DNA of 64,000 bases from Squalus acanthias (Eukaryota): positions 150,600,001-150,664,000 of the forward strand of contig CM059432.1 of assembly GCA_030390025.1 (NCBI GenBank), given 5' to 3'. This document shows, piece after piece, positions 9,851 through 23,423 of this stretch. Positions within the stretch are counted from its first letter, which is position 1. Every line of letters begins with the position of its first letter. A program made the translations under genes and the position numbers. The notes below the pieces were generated by a model, which ran no database searches, was not told the origin of the DNA, and saw only the letters and a list, made by a program, of their open reading frames with translations.

Positions 9851-12379
9851 CCACTTATCAGCCCAAGCCTGAATGGCATCCAGGACTTGCTGCATTCGGG
9901 CATGGACTGCTTCATTATCAGATGAGTTGCGAATGGAACTAAACACTGTGCAATCATCAGCGAACATCCCCACTTCTGACCTTATGATGAAGGGAAGATC
10001 ATTGATGAAGCAGCTGAAGATGGTTGGGCCTAGGACACTGCCCTGAGGAACTCTTGCAGTGATGTCCTGGGGCTGAGTTGATTGAGCTCCAACAACCACA
10101 ACCATCTTTCTTTGTGCTAGGTATGACTCCAGCCAGTGGAGAGTCCCCCCCCCGCCGATTCCCATTGACTACAATTTTACTATGGCTCCTTGATGCCACA
10201 CTCGGTCAAATGCTGCCTTGATGTCAAGGGTAGTCACTCTCACCTCACCTCTGGAATTCAGCTCTTTCCTCCATGTTTGGACCAAGGCTATAATGAGGTC
10301 TGGAGCCGAGTGGTCCTGGCAGAACCCAAACTGAGCATTGGTGAGCAGTTTATTGGTAAGTGCCACTTGATAGCACTGTCGATGACACCTTCCATCACTT
10401 TGCTGATGATTGAGAGTAGACTGATCGGATGGTAATTGGCTGGACTGGATTTGTCCTGCTTTTTGTGGATAGGATATAACTGGGCAGTTTTCTACATTGT
10501 CGGGTAGATGCCAGTGTTGTAGCTGTACTGGAACAGCTTGGCTAGAGGCGCGGCTAGTTCTGGAGCACAAGTCTTCAGCACGACAGCCGGGATGTTGTCA
10601 GGGCCCAGGTCCATAGCCTTTGCTGTATCCAATGCGCTCAGCCTGTTTCTTGATATCACATGGAGTAAATCGAATTGGCTGAAGACTGGCTTCTGTGATG
10701 GTGGGGACCTCAGGAGGAGGCCGACATGGATCATCCACTCGGCACTTCTGGCTGAAGATGGTTGCAAACGCTTCAGCCTTGTCTTTTGCACTCGCGTGCT
10801 GTGCTCTGCCATCATTGAGGATGGGGATGTTCATGGAGCCTCCTCCTCCCGTTAGTTGTTTAATTGTCCACCACCATTCAGGACTGGATGTGGCAGGACT
10901 GCAGAGCTTTGATCTGATCTGTTGATTGTGGGATCGCTTAGCTCTATCTATAGCATGCTGCTTCCACTGTTTAGCATATATGTAGTCCAGTGTTGTAGCT
11001 TCCCCAGGTTGGCACCTCATTTTTAGGTACGCCTGGTGCTGCTCCTGCCATGCTCTTCTGCACTCCTCATTGAACCAGGGTTCGTCCGCTGGCTTGATGG
11101 TAATGGTAGAGTGAGGGATATGCTGGGCCATGAGTTTACAGATTGTGGTGGAATACAGTTCTGCTGCTGCTGATGGCCCACAGCGCCTCATGGATGCCTA
11201 GTTTTGAGCTGCCAGATCTATTCTGAATCTATCCCATTTAACACGGTGGTAGTGCCACACAACACGATGGAAGGTGTCCTCAGTGTGAAGACGGGACTTC
11301 GTCTCCACAAGGACTGTGCGGTGGTCACTGCTACCAATGCTGTCATGGACAGATCCATCTGCGACAGGTAGATTGGTGAGGACGAGGTCAAGTAGTTTTT
11401 TTCCCTCGTGTTGGTTCCCTCACTACATGCCTCAGTCCTAGTCTGGCAGCTATGTCCTTCAGGACTCGGCCAACTCGGTCAGTAGTGTGGTTACCGAGCC
11501 ACTCTTGGTGATGGACATTGAAGTCCTCCCACCCAGAGTACATTCTGTGCTCTTGCTACTCTCAGTACTTCTTCCAAGTGGTGTTCAACATGGAGGAGTA
11601 CTGATTCATCAGCTGAGGGAGGGCGGTAGGTGGTAATCAGCAGGAGGTTTCCTTGCCCATGCTTGACCTGAAGCCATGAGACTTCATGGGGTCTGAAATC
11701 AATGTTGAGGACTCCCAGGGCCACTCCCTCCCCATTGTATATCACTGTGCTACCACCCTGGTGGGTCTGTCCTGCCGGTGGGACAGGACATACGCAGGGA
11801 TGGTGATGGAGGAATCTGGGACATTGGCTGAAAGGTATGATTCTGTGAGTATGACTATGTCAGGCTGTTGCTTGACTAGTCTTTGGGACAGCTATCCCGA
11901 TTTTGGCGCAAGTTTCCAGATGTTCATGAGGAGGACTTTGCAGAGTCGACTGGGCTAGGTGTGCCGCTGTCGTGTCCGAAGCCGGTGCCGAGGTCGATGC
12001 CGGGTGGTCCGTCCTGTTTTATTCTTATTATTGTTTTTCGTAGTGGTATGTTACAACTGAGTGACTTGCTAGGCCATTTCAGAGGGCAGTTAAGAGTCAA
12101 CCACATTGCTATGGTCTGGAGTCACATATAGGCCAGACCAGGTAAGGAAGGCAGATTTCCTTCCCTAAAGGACATTTGTGACTCAGATGGGTTTTTACGA
12201 CAATCTGATAGTTTTATGGTCACCATTACTGATACTAGCTTTTTTATTCCAGATTTATTTAATTAACTGAATTTAAATTCCCCAGCTGCCGTGGTGGGAT
12301 TTGAACTCACGTGTCTGGATCATTAGTCCAGGCCTTTGGATTACTAGTCCAGTAACATAACCACTATGCTACCGTTCCC

Positions 12380-12860
12380 AGTAGCACAGGGGGCTACAGC
12401 AAAGTGTAGGAATGCAGTCGTAATTGGGGATTCGATAGTCAGGGGGACAGACAAGCAGTTCTGCTGCCATCGACGCGAGACATGTATGGTATGCTGCTTC
12501 CCTGGTGCCAGGGTAAGGGACATCACTGAGATGGTGCAAAACATTCTGTGGGGGGAAGGGGAAGGGGAAGAGCCTGAAGTCGTGGTCCATGTCGGAACCA
12601 ACAACATAGGGAGGAAGTGGGTTGAGGTCTGGCAGTCAGAGATTAAGCAGCTAGGGAGGAAGTTAAAAAGGTCTGGATTACTCCCATTGCCACGAGCTAG
12701 TCAGAGTAGAAATAGGAAAACATGGCAGGTTAATGCGTGGCTAGAGACATGGTGCAGGATGGAGGGCTTCAGATTCCCGGGACATTGAGACCAGTTCTGT
12801 GGCAGGAGGGACCTGTTCAAGATGGATGGGTTGCACCTGAACAGTGGAGAATGTCACAGT
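12380..12860 (+). mobile_element. CR1 ORF1 fragment (SGNH esterase domain)
   Basis: VVIGDSIVRG ... CCFPGA ... VVVHVGTNNI motifs in ORF 12366-12788. Confidence 0.85.
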
Positions 12861-12865
12861 TGGAG

Positions 12866-13737
12866 AGCATAGAGTCATAACGGCACAGAAGTAGGCTATT
12901 CGGCCCATCGAGTCTGTGCTGGCTCTCTGCAGAGCAATCCAGTCAGTCCCATTTCCCTACTCTATACCCGTAGCCCTGCAAGTTTATTTCCCTCAAGTGC
13001 CTATCTAGTCACCCCTTGAAAACAGAGTGTCTCCGCTTCCACCACTTCCGTCGGCAGCAAGTTCCAGATCCTCACCACTCGCTGCGTAAAAAAGTTTTTC
13101 CTCACAACCCCCTGTATCTCTTGCCCAAAACCTTAAATCTGTGTCCCCTAGTCCTTGTACCGTCAACTAGTGGGAACAGCCTTTCCCCGTCTAGCCTATC
13201 CAAACCCGTCATAATCTTATACACCTCTATCAAATCACCTCTCAACCTCCTTTGCTCTAATGAAAACAAATCCAGCTTCTCCAACCTGTCCTTGTAGCTA
13301 AGATCCCCCATCCCCGGAACCATTCTGGTAAATCTCCTCTGCACCCTCTCAAGGGCCTTCACATCCTTCCTAAAGTGTGGTGACCAGAACTGGACGCAAT
13401 ACTCCAGTTGTGGCTTAACCAGCGCTTTATAAAGGTTCAGCATAATTTCTCTACTTTTGTACTCAATACCTCTATTTATGAAGCCCAAGATCCCATATGC
13501 TTTGCTAACCACTCTCTCAAAATGTTCTGCCACCTTCATAGGCACATTAACTCCCAGGACCCTCTGTCCCTGCACACTCTTTAAAACTGTGCAATTAAGT
13601 GTATATTGCCTCTCCCTGTTCCTTCTGCCAAATTGCATCACCTCACACTTCTCTGTATTAAATTCCATCTGCCACTTGTCTGCCCATTCTGCTAGCCTTT
13701 CTATGTCCTGTTGCAGGCGATTGGTATCATCCTCACT
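12866..13737 (-). mobile_element. CR1 LINE 3' fragment
   Basis: ORF 13102-13758: WQMEFNTEKC, LEYCVQFWSP, RRLRGDLIE; CR1 3'UTR with ...tatgactctatg tail. Confidence 0.9.
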
Positions 13738-15995
13738 GATCTTGGGAATAGTGATCATAGTATCGTAAGGTTTAGATTAGTTATGGAGAAGGACAAGGAA
13801 CAATCTAGAATAAAAATACTTAACTGGAGGAGGGCTAATTTCAGCAAATTGAGGAGGGATCTGGCCCGGGTAAATTGGAGTCAAAGACTGGCAGGCAAAA
13901 ATGCAATGGAGCAATGGGCAGCCTTTAAAGAGGAGGTGGTTCTGTTACAGTCTAGGTACATTCTCACAAGGATGAAAGGGAGAGGTACCAAAGCCAGAGC
14001 TCCCTGGATGACGAAGGAGTTGGAGAGTAGGATGAAGCAGAAAAAGGGTGCGTATGGCAGATGTCAGCTTAACAATACAAGGGAGAATCAGGCTGAATAT
14101 AAAAAGTGAGGAGAAGTGAAAAAGGAAATAAGAGGGGCAAAGAGACAGTACGAGAATAGATTGGCGGCTAACATAAAGGGGAATCTGAAGCTCTTCTATA
14201 GGCATATTAAAAGTAAAAGGATTGTCACAGGAATGGTGGGACCGATTAGGGACCAAAATGGAGAACTATTGTTGGAGGCAGAAGGCATGGCTGCAGTACT
14301 AAATGAGTATTTTGCATCGGTGTTTACCAAGGAAGAGGACTTTGTGAAAGCTATGGTAAACAAGGAGGTTGCTGGGATACTGGATGAGATAAGAATAGAT
14401 AAAGCGGAAGTGCTAGACAGGCTGGCAGTAATTAAAGTGGATAAGTCACCCGGTCCGGATGGGATGTATCCTAGGTTGCTGAGGGAAGTAAGGGTAGAAA
14501 TTGTGGAAGTGCTGGCCACAATCGTCCAATCCTCCTTAGATACAGGGGTGGTGCCAAACGACTGGAGCATTGCAAATGTTACACCCTTGTTCAAAAAAAG
14601 GGAGAAGGATAAACCTGGTAATTACAGGCCAGTCAGTTTAACGTCAGTGGTGGGGAAGCTTTTAGAAACAATAATCTGAGAGAAAATTAACAGTCACTTG
14701 GACAAGCATAACTAATAAAGGAGAGCCAGTAGGGATTTGTTAAAGGGCAAATCGTGTTTGACTAACTTGATTGAGTTTTTTGATGAGGTAACAGAGAGCA
14801 GTGCAGTTGATATTGTGTATATGGACTTTCAAAAGGCATTTGATAAAGTACTACATACTCGGCTTGTTAACAAAATTGAAGCCCGTGAGATAAAAGGAGT
14901 AGTAGCAGCATGGATACAAAATTGGTTAAGGATAGAAAACAGAAAGTTGTGGTGAATGACTATTTTTCGGACTGGAGAGAGGTATACAGTGGCGTTCCCC
15001 AAGGTTCAGTACTAGGACCACTGCTATTTTTGATATACATTGATGACTTGGACTTGGGGATACAGGGCACAATTTCAAATTTTGCAGATGACACGAAACC
15101 TGGAAGTGTAGTAAACAGTGAGGAAGATTGTAATAGACTTCAAGAAGACATAGACAGACTGGTGGAATGGACGGATACAAGGCAGATGAAATTTAATGCA
15201 GATAAGTGTGACGTGACACATTTTGGTCGGAAGAATGAGGAGAGACCATACACACTAAATGATACCATTTTAAAGGGGGTGCAAGAACAGAGAACCTGGG
15301 GGGGCTGCTTGTGCAAAAATCTTTGAAGGTGGCAGGACAGGTTAACAAAGCAGTTAATAAAGCATATGGGATCCTGGGTTTGGAAATAGAGGCATAGAGT
15401 ACAAAAGCCAGGAAGGTATACTAAACCTTTATAAAACACTAGTTCGGCCCCAGCTGGAAAATTGTGTCCAATTCTGGGCACCAGCACTTTAGGAAGGACG
15501 TGAAGGCTTTGGAGAGGGTACAGAAGAGATTTACTGGAATGGTTCCTGGGATGAGGGAATACAGTTACGTGGATAGACTGGAGAAGCTGGGGTTGTTCTC
15601 CTTGGAGCAGAGAAGGCTAAGAGGAGATTTGATAGAGGTGTTTAAAATCATGAAGTATAGTAAATAAACAGAAACTGTTTCCAATGGCAGATGGGTCAAT
15701 AACGACAGGGCACAGATTTAAGGTGATTGGCAGAAGAACCAGAGGCGACAGGAGGAAAAACTTTTTTATGCAACGAGTGGTTAGGATTTGGAATGCGCTG
15801 CCTGATGAGGTGGTGGATACAGATTCAATAGTAGCCTTCAAAAGAGAATTGGATAAATACATGAAGGAGAAATAATTGCAGGGATATGGGGAAAGAGCAG
15901 TGGAGTGAGACTAACTGGATTGCTCTTCGAAATGCTGGCACAGACTCAATCGGCTGAATGGCCTCCTTCTGTGCTGTACTATTCTATTATTCTAT
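13738..15995 (+). mobile_element. CR1 LINE ORF2 (APE C-terminus to RT) and 3'UTR, disrupted
   Basis: SDH motif, KSPGPDG, NYRPVSLTS, DFQKAFDKV, VPQGSVLGP, FADD; tail attctattattctatg. Confidence 0.92.
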
Positions 15996-16110
15996 GACCT
16001 GAAACGTTAACTATATTTCTCTCTCCACAGATGCTGTCTGACCTGCTGAGTATTCCCAGCATTTATATTTATATTTCAGGTTTCCAGCATCTGCAGTATT
16101 TTGTCTTTTG
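15996..16110 (+). mobile_element. Penelope-derived short repeat 3' part with half of a hammerhead-like motif
   Basis: gacctGAAACGTTaac followed by ctctccacagatgctgtctgacctgctgagtatt; the 5' CTGA half is absent at the CR1 junction. Confidence 0.45.
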
Positions 16111-16257
16111 TATTACTGTTTTTCTTGTTCACTTATAGTTTAAATATCTCACAACTGAACTTAAATTAGGCAAATATCTTAGTTCTGCCTGTTTAGATAC
16201 AGCCAATCTTTTCTGAAGAGTTTATTGCATCCACCAAAAAAAATCCCAATTTTAATT

Positions 16258-17014
16258 GGCCCGGAATTTGCTGTGGGTACTAACAGCGAACGAACAGCGT
16301 TCGCCTTTATTACCCCTTTGAAACTGACCTCAACTTCAGGATTTAGTGCATGCGCATTCTAACGTGGAAATTCTAAAGTTGCGGTCATTCATTCACTGCT
16401 CCGACACCGGCTGCGCTGTGTCCCCCCTTCGCATCCCCCCCCGCCCCCATAGCTGACAATCAGTGTAATTAGGGAAATCAGTGAAACTGACAAAAACATG
16501 GGCTTTTCCATGATAACGCTATTAAATACCCAATTAAAAGTTAGACCTCGTTGCATTAGGTGTAACTGGGGTTTCAACAGCGCATTGACCGCTAAACAAA
16601 CGTTATGACCTTGATTTTTAATTTTGTGGAGTGTCAGATTTATCCATTATAATAAAAATTTCAATTTTTAAGAAACTTAAAAAAAATTATATTTTTTTAA
16701 AGGTTTGTTCATGTTTATTTCAGGTTTACCTTTTCCCCATGCGAGAGGACCAATCTTTGTTTTGCTCTCTATACCATTTTCAAAAAGTCAGAATAAAAGC
16801 ACTTCACTTCCTCGTTCCCTGTCTGTGAGAATTCTGCATTTTGATTGGCTGCTTGGACAGCTTGTTGACGTCACAGCAGCTCACGCTATGGAATTCCCAC
16901 TATACTACACTGATCTCTACTGAACATCGAAAAAGCCAAACTTCTCGCCACAGAGACCGCGAGATCTTTGTGGGTCACTATCTTTACTTCGCCGCTGACC
17001 GCAAATTGCGGGCA
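16258..17014 (+). mobile_element. Harbinger-type MITE family A, copy 2
   Basis: TIRs GGCCCGGAATTTGC / GCAAATTGCGGGC; shared internal motifs gcatgcgca...aagttgc and gagaattct...gattggctgc. Confidence 0.75.
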
Positions 17015-19639
17015 ACAATAGATTCTTCTACTCTACTTGCACCAATCTCTAACCAACCATTTGAAGTCAGTCATCCAACTCCGCAGGTCATAGTTCCAGG
17101 ACAGCACAGGCAGTAGCCCAGGTTTAATTAAATTTGCAGGTCTTTCAACCTCAGAACCATATATCAATAATTATTTTAGGACGTTCAATTGCCTGGATCA
17201 TTGGCCTCCAATGTAAATCAAACCACGAGCAGTTTTTCAGCCCCTTTGGTGTAGGGTTACAACACTCTACAGCACTATTCTCCTAAGCCAACAGAAAATA
17301 CAAAATTAGTCTTCTCATCCACTCCAACACACCACTAATGATGGAATCCCCATCACGATTACTTGCCTTGTGCTGGCGTCTCTCGGTACCTTCTACTTGG
17401 AGCCTTGCTGTCTGTTATTGTTTCTAATTTCTCACTCGTTTCATACTCCCCACCCCCATAATGTCAGCTGTTTCCTTCCATCAGCATTCTTCTAGTCATT
17501 AAATCTAGTATCTATTTATAGTCCTATAAATAAGTCATTCATACTTTTCTTCCATATTTTTCAAGGAACCTTCCAAACTTCCCATTTTGTTTACTGTGCA
17601 AATTTCCATTCTTCACCAGAACATGCATCTCTATCAACTGAAAAGTTTCAATCCTCTGTAAATAATCATTTGTTCTGTTAACATACATATTTCTCTACAT
17701 TTCTCTCAAACATATATATGACTGGACTGGATCTCCTTCACCACATACATTTTACAATCATATCTTTTCATATTATTGCCTACTGATTCTTTCATTGCCT
17801 CAGCATCATCAGTAATTCTTTAAAGAGTTATGCAATTGTACCTGGTAGACCTCATTCTTTCGCTTCTCATTTGGAATTGGGAATGAGCTCAGAGACCAGG
17901 AAGCACAGGATGAGGCAGCCAGGAAAAACTCAGGCCGAGCAGGTGAGCAAGCAGGAGAGCAGGAAAGCAGATAGGCTGGTAAAGCATTCAAGGTTGGGGA
18001 GCAGATGAGCTGTGATGAATTCACAGCAGGTGAGTCAAGAAGCAATTTGGACAGGTGAATAAGCAGATGGCCCATAAAGTACTTGGGTCGCATGAGCAGG
18101 GCAGGGAGCACAGCTGAGTGAGGAGGCAGGAAGAGAAGCATCTTTTCCTGGGGGGAGGGATGGAGAAGAGATGAGTGAGGGTTACAGAGATTTAACGCCT
18201 CATTCTAAAAACACCGCCTCCAACAGTACAGCTGAAGGGCAATAAAAGGCCCAGGAGTGGCTAAGGAGGCAGGCAGCACCAGGGCAAGATTAGCAGCCAA
18301 ACGGATTGGGGAGCGGGAAGCAACAGACCCAGGAGTAAAAAAAAAATAACAAGGAGTAGAAGCAGCTGAGCAGCAAGGCTGCAAAGAAAGATGGTAGGTT
18401 GGGTCAAGGGCAGCATTAGGGGTCAGATGAGCTGGAAAGAAGAGGCGCAGTAGGAGGCCTGCACTGTAAGGAGAGTGTTTTTAAAAAAAATATGTAGCCA
18501 TTTTTCTGTGGCATTTTGTGGTAACAGGCATTACCTCAGACATGAATAAATTGACACACCAGATGTAACCAAATCATGACAGGATATAATTATGGCAAAC
18601 AGGAAGCGCACGAAGATGCAAGACTTTTACTATATGACTAGTCGTTCACTCGTGGCATTTCACATGGTAAGTCAGACTATATGGTCACTCTTACTTATCT
18701 CTGCTGTCTTAGTTTTGCTGTTTCTCTCTACCTCACCTCTTCTGTCACTCTGTTTCTCTTTTCTCCTCTTTCTCTCACCCTAATACTTTTTCCTTTCCTG
18801 TCTTTTCTTCTTTCCTTTCAGATGGAGGTGGTCGATGGCATGGCGCATTGTGGAGGAGAAAGGTGCTATCAACAGTTGCAGATTGAATATGGAGTTGGGC
18901 TATAAAAGGAAAGATTGTTCCTCAGCGGCTCCCTTCCCAACTCCTCTCCCAATCACTGATGCTTCTCTTCATTTCCTCACTCCCATTGCATCCCTAACCT
19001 CTTTAGTATCCCACCATCTCCTCCTCTTCCTAATACCCACTTACTCCCATCACTATCCTTACCTATTACCCTTTCAACTACCCACTCAATCCCGGTTGAG
19101 TCTCCATTCCTTGCTCCACTGTCACTCACCTCACCTTCAACACATTATCCACTTCCTCTCCTACATTATCCACTTCCTCTCACCACTCCGCACCCCACCC
19201 CCCACAGAACCCCTCATCTTGAACCTACCTCTGTCCTCCCCTCCCTTCCTAATTGTTTCCCTCAAAAAGGCTCCATTTGCTTTCAAAATTCAAAACTGAC
19301 TGTCTGCCTTTCTCTCTCGCTTTAAGGTGTAAGGAATTAGTAATTACCTTTCCTGAATGTCAAAATAGGTGAGATAATTAGTTGGATTCAAGATTCAATT
19401 GATTTGTTTTGAAAACTGAACTAACATTAACATGTTCTCCCTCCCACAGCATAATACGATTTCTAAAGTTTATAAAACACAAAGGAGAAGCTATAACAAC
19501 TATATAATTAGAACAGTCATTTTTTTCTGATTTTCTCGTTTACACATGCATAGATACAAAGCCTTTTTCAAAAAAAATGCACTCAATATAAATTTTACCT
19601 CAGTAAAGCCTTTGAAATTTGTCATCTTGCTATTCAAAA

Positions 19640-20290
19640 TTCACTGGAGCATTATCCAGCAAAATTTGACACCAAGCCATATAAGGAGATATTAGGGCAG
19701 ACAAAGAGGTAGGTTTAGGGAGGGATTTCCAGAGCTTAGGGCCTTGGCAGCTGAAGGCACAGCCAGCAATGGTGGCGCGATTAAAATCGAGGATGCTCAA
19801 GAGGCCAGAATTGGAGGTGTGCATGTATCTCGGAAGGTTGTAGGGCTGGAGGAGATTACAGAGATTGGAATGGGCAGCCATGAACGAATTTGAAAACAAG
19901 GATGAGAATTTTAAAATCGAGGTGTCGCTTAACTGGGAGCCAATGTAGGTAAGTGAGCACAGGGGTGATGGGTGAACGGGACTTGGTGCAAGTTAGGGCA
20001 CAGGCAGTAGAGTTTTGGATGACCGCAAGTTTACGGAGGGTAGAATGTGGGAGGCTGGCCAGGAGTGCGTTGGACTAGTCAAGTCTAGAGGTAACAAAGG
20101 CATGGATGAGGGTTTCAGCAGCAGATGAGCTGAGGCAGGGGCGGAGTCGGGCGATGTTAGAGGTGGAAATAGGCGGTCTTAATGGCACAGATATGTGGCT
20201 GGACATTCATCTCGGGGTCAAATATGACACCAAGGTTGCAAACAGTCTGGTTCAGCCTCCTTTGCCAGGGAGACGGATGGAGTTTGTGGC
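19640..20290 (-). mobile_element. L2-type LINE 3' fragment
   Basis: Reverse complement resembles 1900-2420 and 30385-30780; LDxSN-type motif and AFSCQGPKLWKSLP. Confidence 0.75.
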
Positions 20291-20655
20291 GGCGATCGCA
20301 GGCAATGGCTGTACGGTACTGATGCATCTTGGGAAATTAGGCAAACTGGATCTGATCAAACTGCACAATCTAAATGCAGCTCGCAGTATCACAACTCAGG
20401 GCAAAAATCTTAAGTTCAAGCCATGGCTTTTCGAAAATTCTGAGTAAAAACTTTAATAAAGGCATTAAAAGGCACAAAAGACCATTCAATGGGTCAATTT
20501 AACCAGTTCTCAAAAGCATATTTTACAAGCAGGAGGGAAATTGAATGGTAATGTGCTTGACCATCCCCAGAAACGCTGACATTATATAAATCTGGTCAGG
20601 AAGAGAACAATGCACTCAATATCAAAATAGCATTTTAGACCTAATTGATACAGTA

Positions 20656-23423
20656 GAGGGACTTTGTTGGATACTGAAAATCAGCTGGAGTGTTTTCTCA
20701 GCTGGCAATAAAATCATAAGTCCTTTTACGTCATGGCTGTAGCTGCATGTTCCAGTATGCCAAGCTCTCCATGAGTCTGTTTCGTTGCTCACTGTTTGTC
20801 CGAGTACGTCTCAGAAACAAGGTCATGGTAGACATTATAAGAATATTATATTGCAGCAATAGACACTTAAAGGCAATATAGAACATACCAGACCCATGTT
20901 AACTGGAGAGATTTTGTTAATTGAAAAACTGCGGCTCACATATTTTGTACCTTTTAAAATATGCACTTGACATAGAATTATAGAATGGTTATAGCACGGA
21001 AGGCGGCCATTCAGCCCGTCGAGCCCGTGCCAACTCTCAGCTAGTCCCACTCCCCCACACTTTCCCCGTAGCCCTGCAATTTTTTTTCCTTCAGATACTT
21101 ATCCAATTCCCTTTTGAAAGATAAGATTGAGTCTGCCTCCACCACCCTTTCAGGCAGTGCATTCCAGATCTTAACCACTCGCTATGCAAAAAAGTTTTTT
21201 CTTATGTCGCCTTTGGTTCTTTGGCCAATCACCTTAATTCTGGGTCCTTTGGTTCTCAATCCTTCTGCCAATGGGAACAGTTTCTCTCTATCTACCCTGC
21301 CCAGACCTCATGATTTTGAACACCTCTATCAAATCTCCTCTGCTCCAAGGAGAACAACCCCAGCTTCTCCAGTCTATCAACGTAACTGAAGTCCCTCATT
21401 CCTGGAATCATTCTCGTAAATTATTTCTGCACCCTCTCTAAGGCCTTCACATCCTTCCTAAAGTGTGGTGCCCAGAATTGGACACAGTACTCCAGTTAGG
21501 GCCGAACCAGTGTTTTATACAGGTTCATCATAATTTCCACACTTTTGTACTCTATACCTCTATTTATGAAGCCCAGGATCCCGTATGCTTTTTTAACTGC
21601 TTTCTCAACCTGCCCTGCCACCTTCAACGATTTATGCACACATACCCCCAGGTCTCTCTGTTCGTGCACCCCCTTTAGTTTGTATGTCCTCTCCCCATTC
21701 TTTCTACCAAAATGCATCACTTAACACTTTTCTGCATTAAATTTCATCTGCCATGTGTCTGCCCATTTCACCAGCCTGTCTATGTCTTCTTGAAGTCTAT
21801 CACATTCCTCCTCACTGTTCACTATACTTCCAAGTTTTGTGTCATCTGCAAATTTTGAAATTGTGCCCTGTACACCCACGTCCAAGTCATTAATATATAT
21901 CAAGAAAAGCAGTGGTCTTAGAACCAACCCCTGGGGAACACCACTGTATACATTCCTCCAGTCCGAAAAACAATCGTTCATCACTACTCTCTCTTTCCTG
22001 TCACTTAGCCAATTTCGTATCCAGGTTGTCATTGTCCCCCTTTTATTCCATGGGCTTCAATTTTGCTGGCAAGCCTATTGTGGCATTTTGTCGAATGCCT
22101 TTTGAAAATCCATGTACACTACGTCAACCGCATTACCCTCATCAACCCTCTGTTACCTCATAAAAAAACTCGATCAAGTTGGTTAAAACACGATTTTCCT
22201 TTAACAAATCCGTGCTGGCTTTCCTTAATTAATCCACCCCATCCAAGTGACTGTTGATTTTGTCCCTGAGCTGTTTCTAAAAGCTTCCCCACTACCGAGG
22301 TCAAACTGACTGGCCTGTAGTTGCTGGGTTTATCTTTACACCCTTTTTTGAACAATGGTGTAACATTTGCAATTCTCCAGTCCTCTGACACCACCCAGTA
22401 TCGAAGGAGGATTGGAATATTATGGCCAGTACCTCCGAGATTTAATTCCTCAATTCCCTCAGCATCCTAGGATGCATCCCATCCGCTCCTGGTGATTTAT
22501 CTACTTTAAGTACAGCCAGCCTTTCTAATACCTCTTCATCATCAATTTTTATCCCATTAAGTGTCTCTACTACCTCCTCCTTCACTATGTCTATGGCAGC
22601 ATCCTCTTCCTTGGTGAAGACAGATGCAAAGTACTCATTTAGTACCTCAGCTATACCCTCTGCCTCCATGCACAGATCTCCTTTTTGGTCCCTAATCAGC
22701 CCCACCCCTCCTCTTACTACCCTTTTACTATTTATATGCCTATAGAAGACTTTTGGATTACCTTTTATGTTAGCTGCCATTCTATTCTCAATCTCTTTGC
22801 CCCTCTTATTTTCTTTTTCACTTCTCCTCTGACCTTTCTATATATAGCCTGATTCTCAGATGTATTTGCAACCTGACATCCGTCATACACGCTCTTTTTC
22901 TGCTTCATCATATTCTCTATCTGTTTCGTCATCCAGGGAGCCCTGATTTTAGTTGCCCTACCTTTCTCCCTTGTGGGAATGTACCTCGACTGTACCGGAA
23001 CTATTTCCTCTTTAAAGGCAGCCCATTGTTCCACTACAGTTTTGCCTGCCAATCTTCGATTCCAGTTTTCCCGGGCCAGATCCATGCTCATCCCACTGAA
23101 ATTGGCCTTCCCCCAGTTAAACATTTTTACATAGTGCTAATAAAGTACAATATTTAAGAGTGTTAAGTTATTAATCACACACCTTTAAATGTCACCATCC
23201 CAATTACATCTTTTTAAAAATAAACCATATTTCTAACAGTGCATGAATATAACAATTCTTATAATATCTACCATGACCTTGTTTCTGAGACGTACTCGGA
23301 CAAACAGTGAGCAATGAAACAGACTGGAACATGCAGCTACAGCCATGACGTAAAAGGACTTATGATTTTATTGCCAACTGAGAAAACACTCCAACTGATT
23401 TTAGATATCCAAGAAAGTCCCTC
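20656..23423. repeat. Long inverted repeat (arms about 20656-20845 and 23255-23423) interrupted centrally by a CR1
   Basis: ctcactgtttgtccgagtacgtctcagaaacaaggtcatggtaga on the left is the exact reverse complement of tctaccatgaccttgtttctgagacgtactcggacaaacagtgag on the right. Confidence 0.9.
20971..23128 (-). mobile_element. 5'-truncated CR1 LINE (ORF2 and 3'UTR)
   Basis: KSPGADG, NYRPVSLTS, FADD motifs in minus-strand ORFs; flanked by ACATAG on both sides. Confidence 0.92.

Larger units (their letters stand above)
8474..12379 (-). mobile_element. CR1/L2-group non-LTR retrotransposon with tRNA-like 5' head and frameshifted APE+RT ORF2
   Basis: APE motifs (QQPDIVILTES; LITTYRPP), RT motifs (LDIKAAFDRVWH; PQGSVLGP; FADD), C-terminal EYSPLAW; A-box at 12361-12371 and B-box at 12296-12308 on the minus strand; A-rich 3' tail. 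Confidence 0.9.

Noticed and set aside
12290..12379. Functional tRNA gene (also considered at 61550-61625)
   Set aside because: A and B boxes are present but I could not fold a complete cloverleaf; both are retroposon heads
17880..19299. Purine-rich then pyrimidine-rich tract with plus-strand splice-like sites (18667 donor, 18821 acceptor) and a 154-aa ORF
   Set aside because: Low-complexity composition explains the ORF; no homology or element boundaries could be established
19599..19629. 31-nt minus-strand micro-exon (KMTNFKGFTE)
   Set aside because: Open only in phase 2, which does not fit the five-exon chain without further speculative exons; abuts an L2 tail
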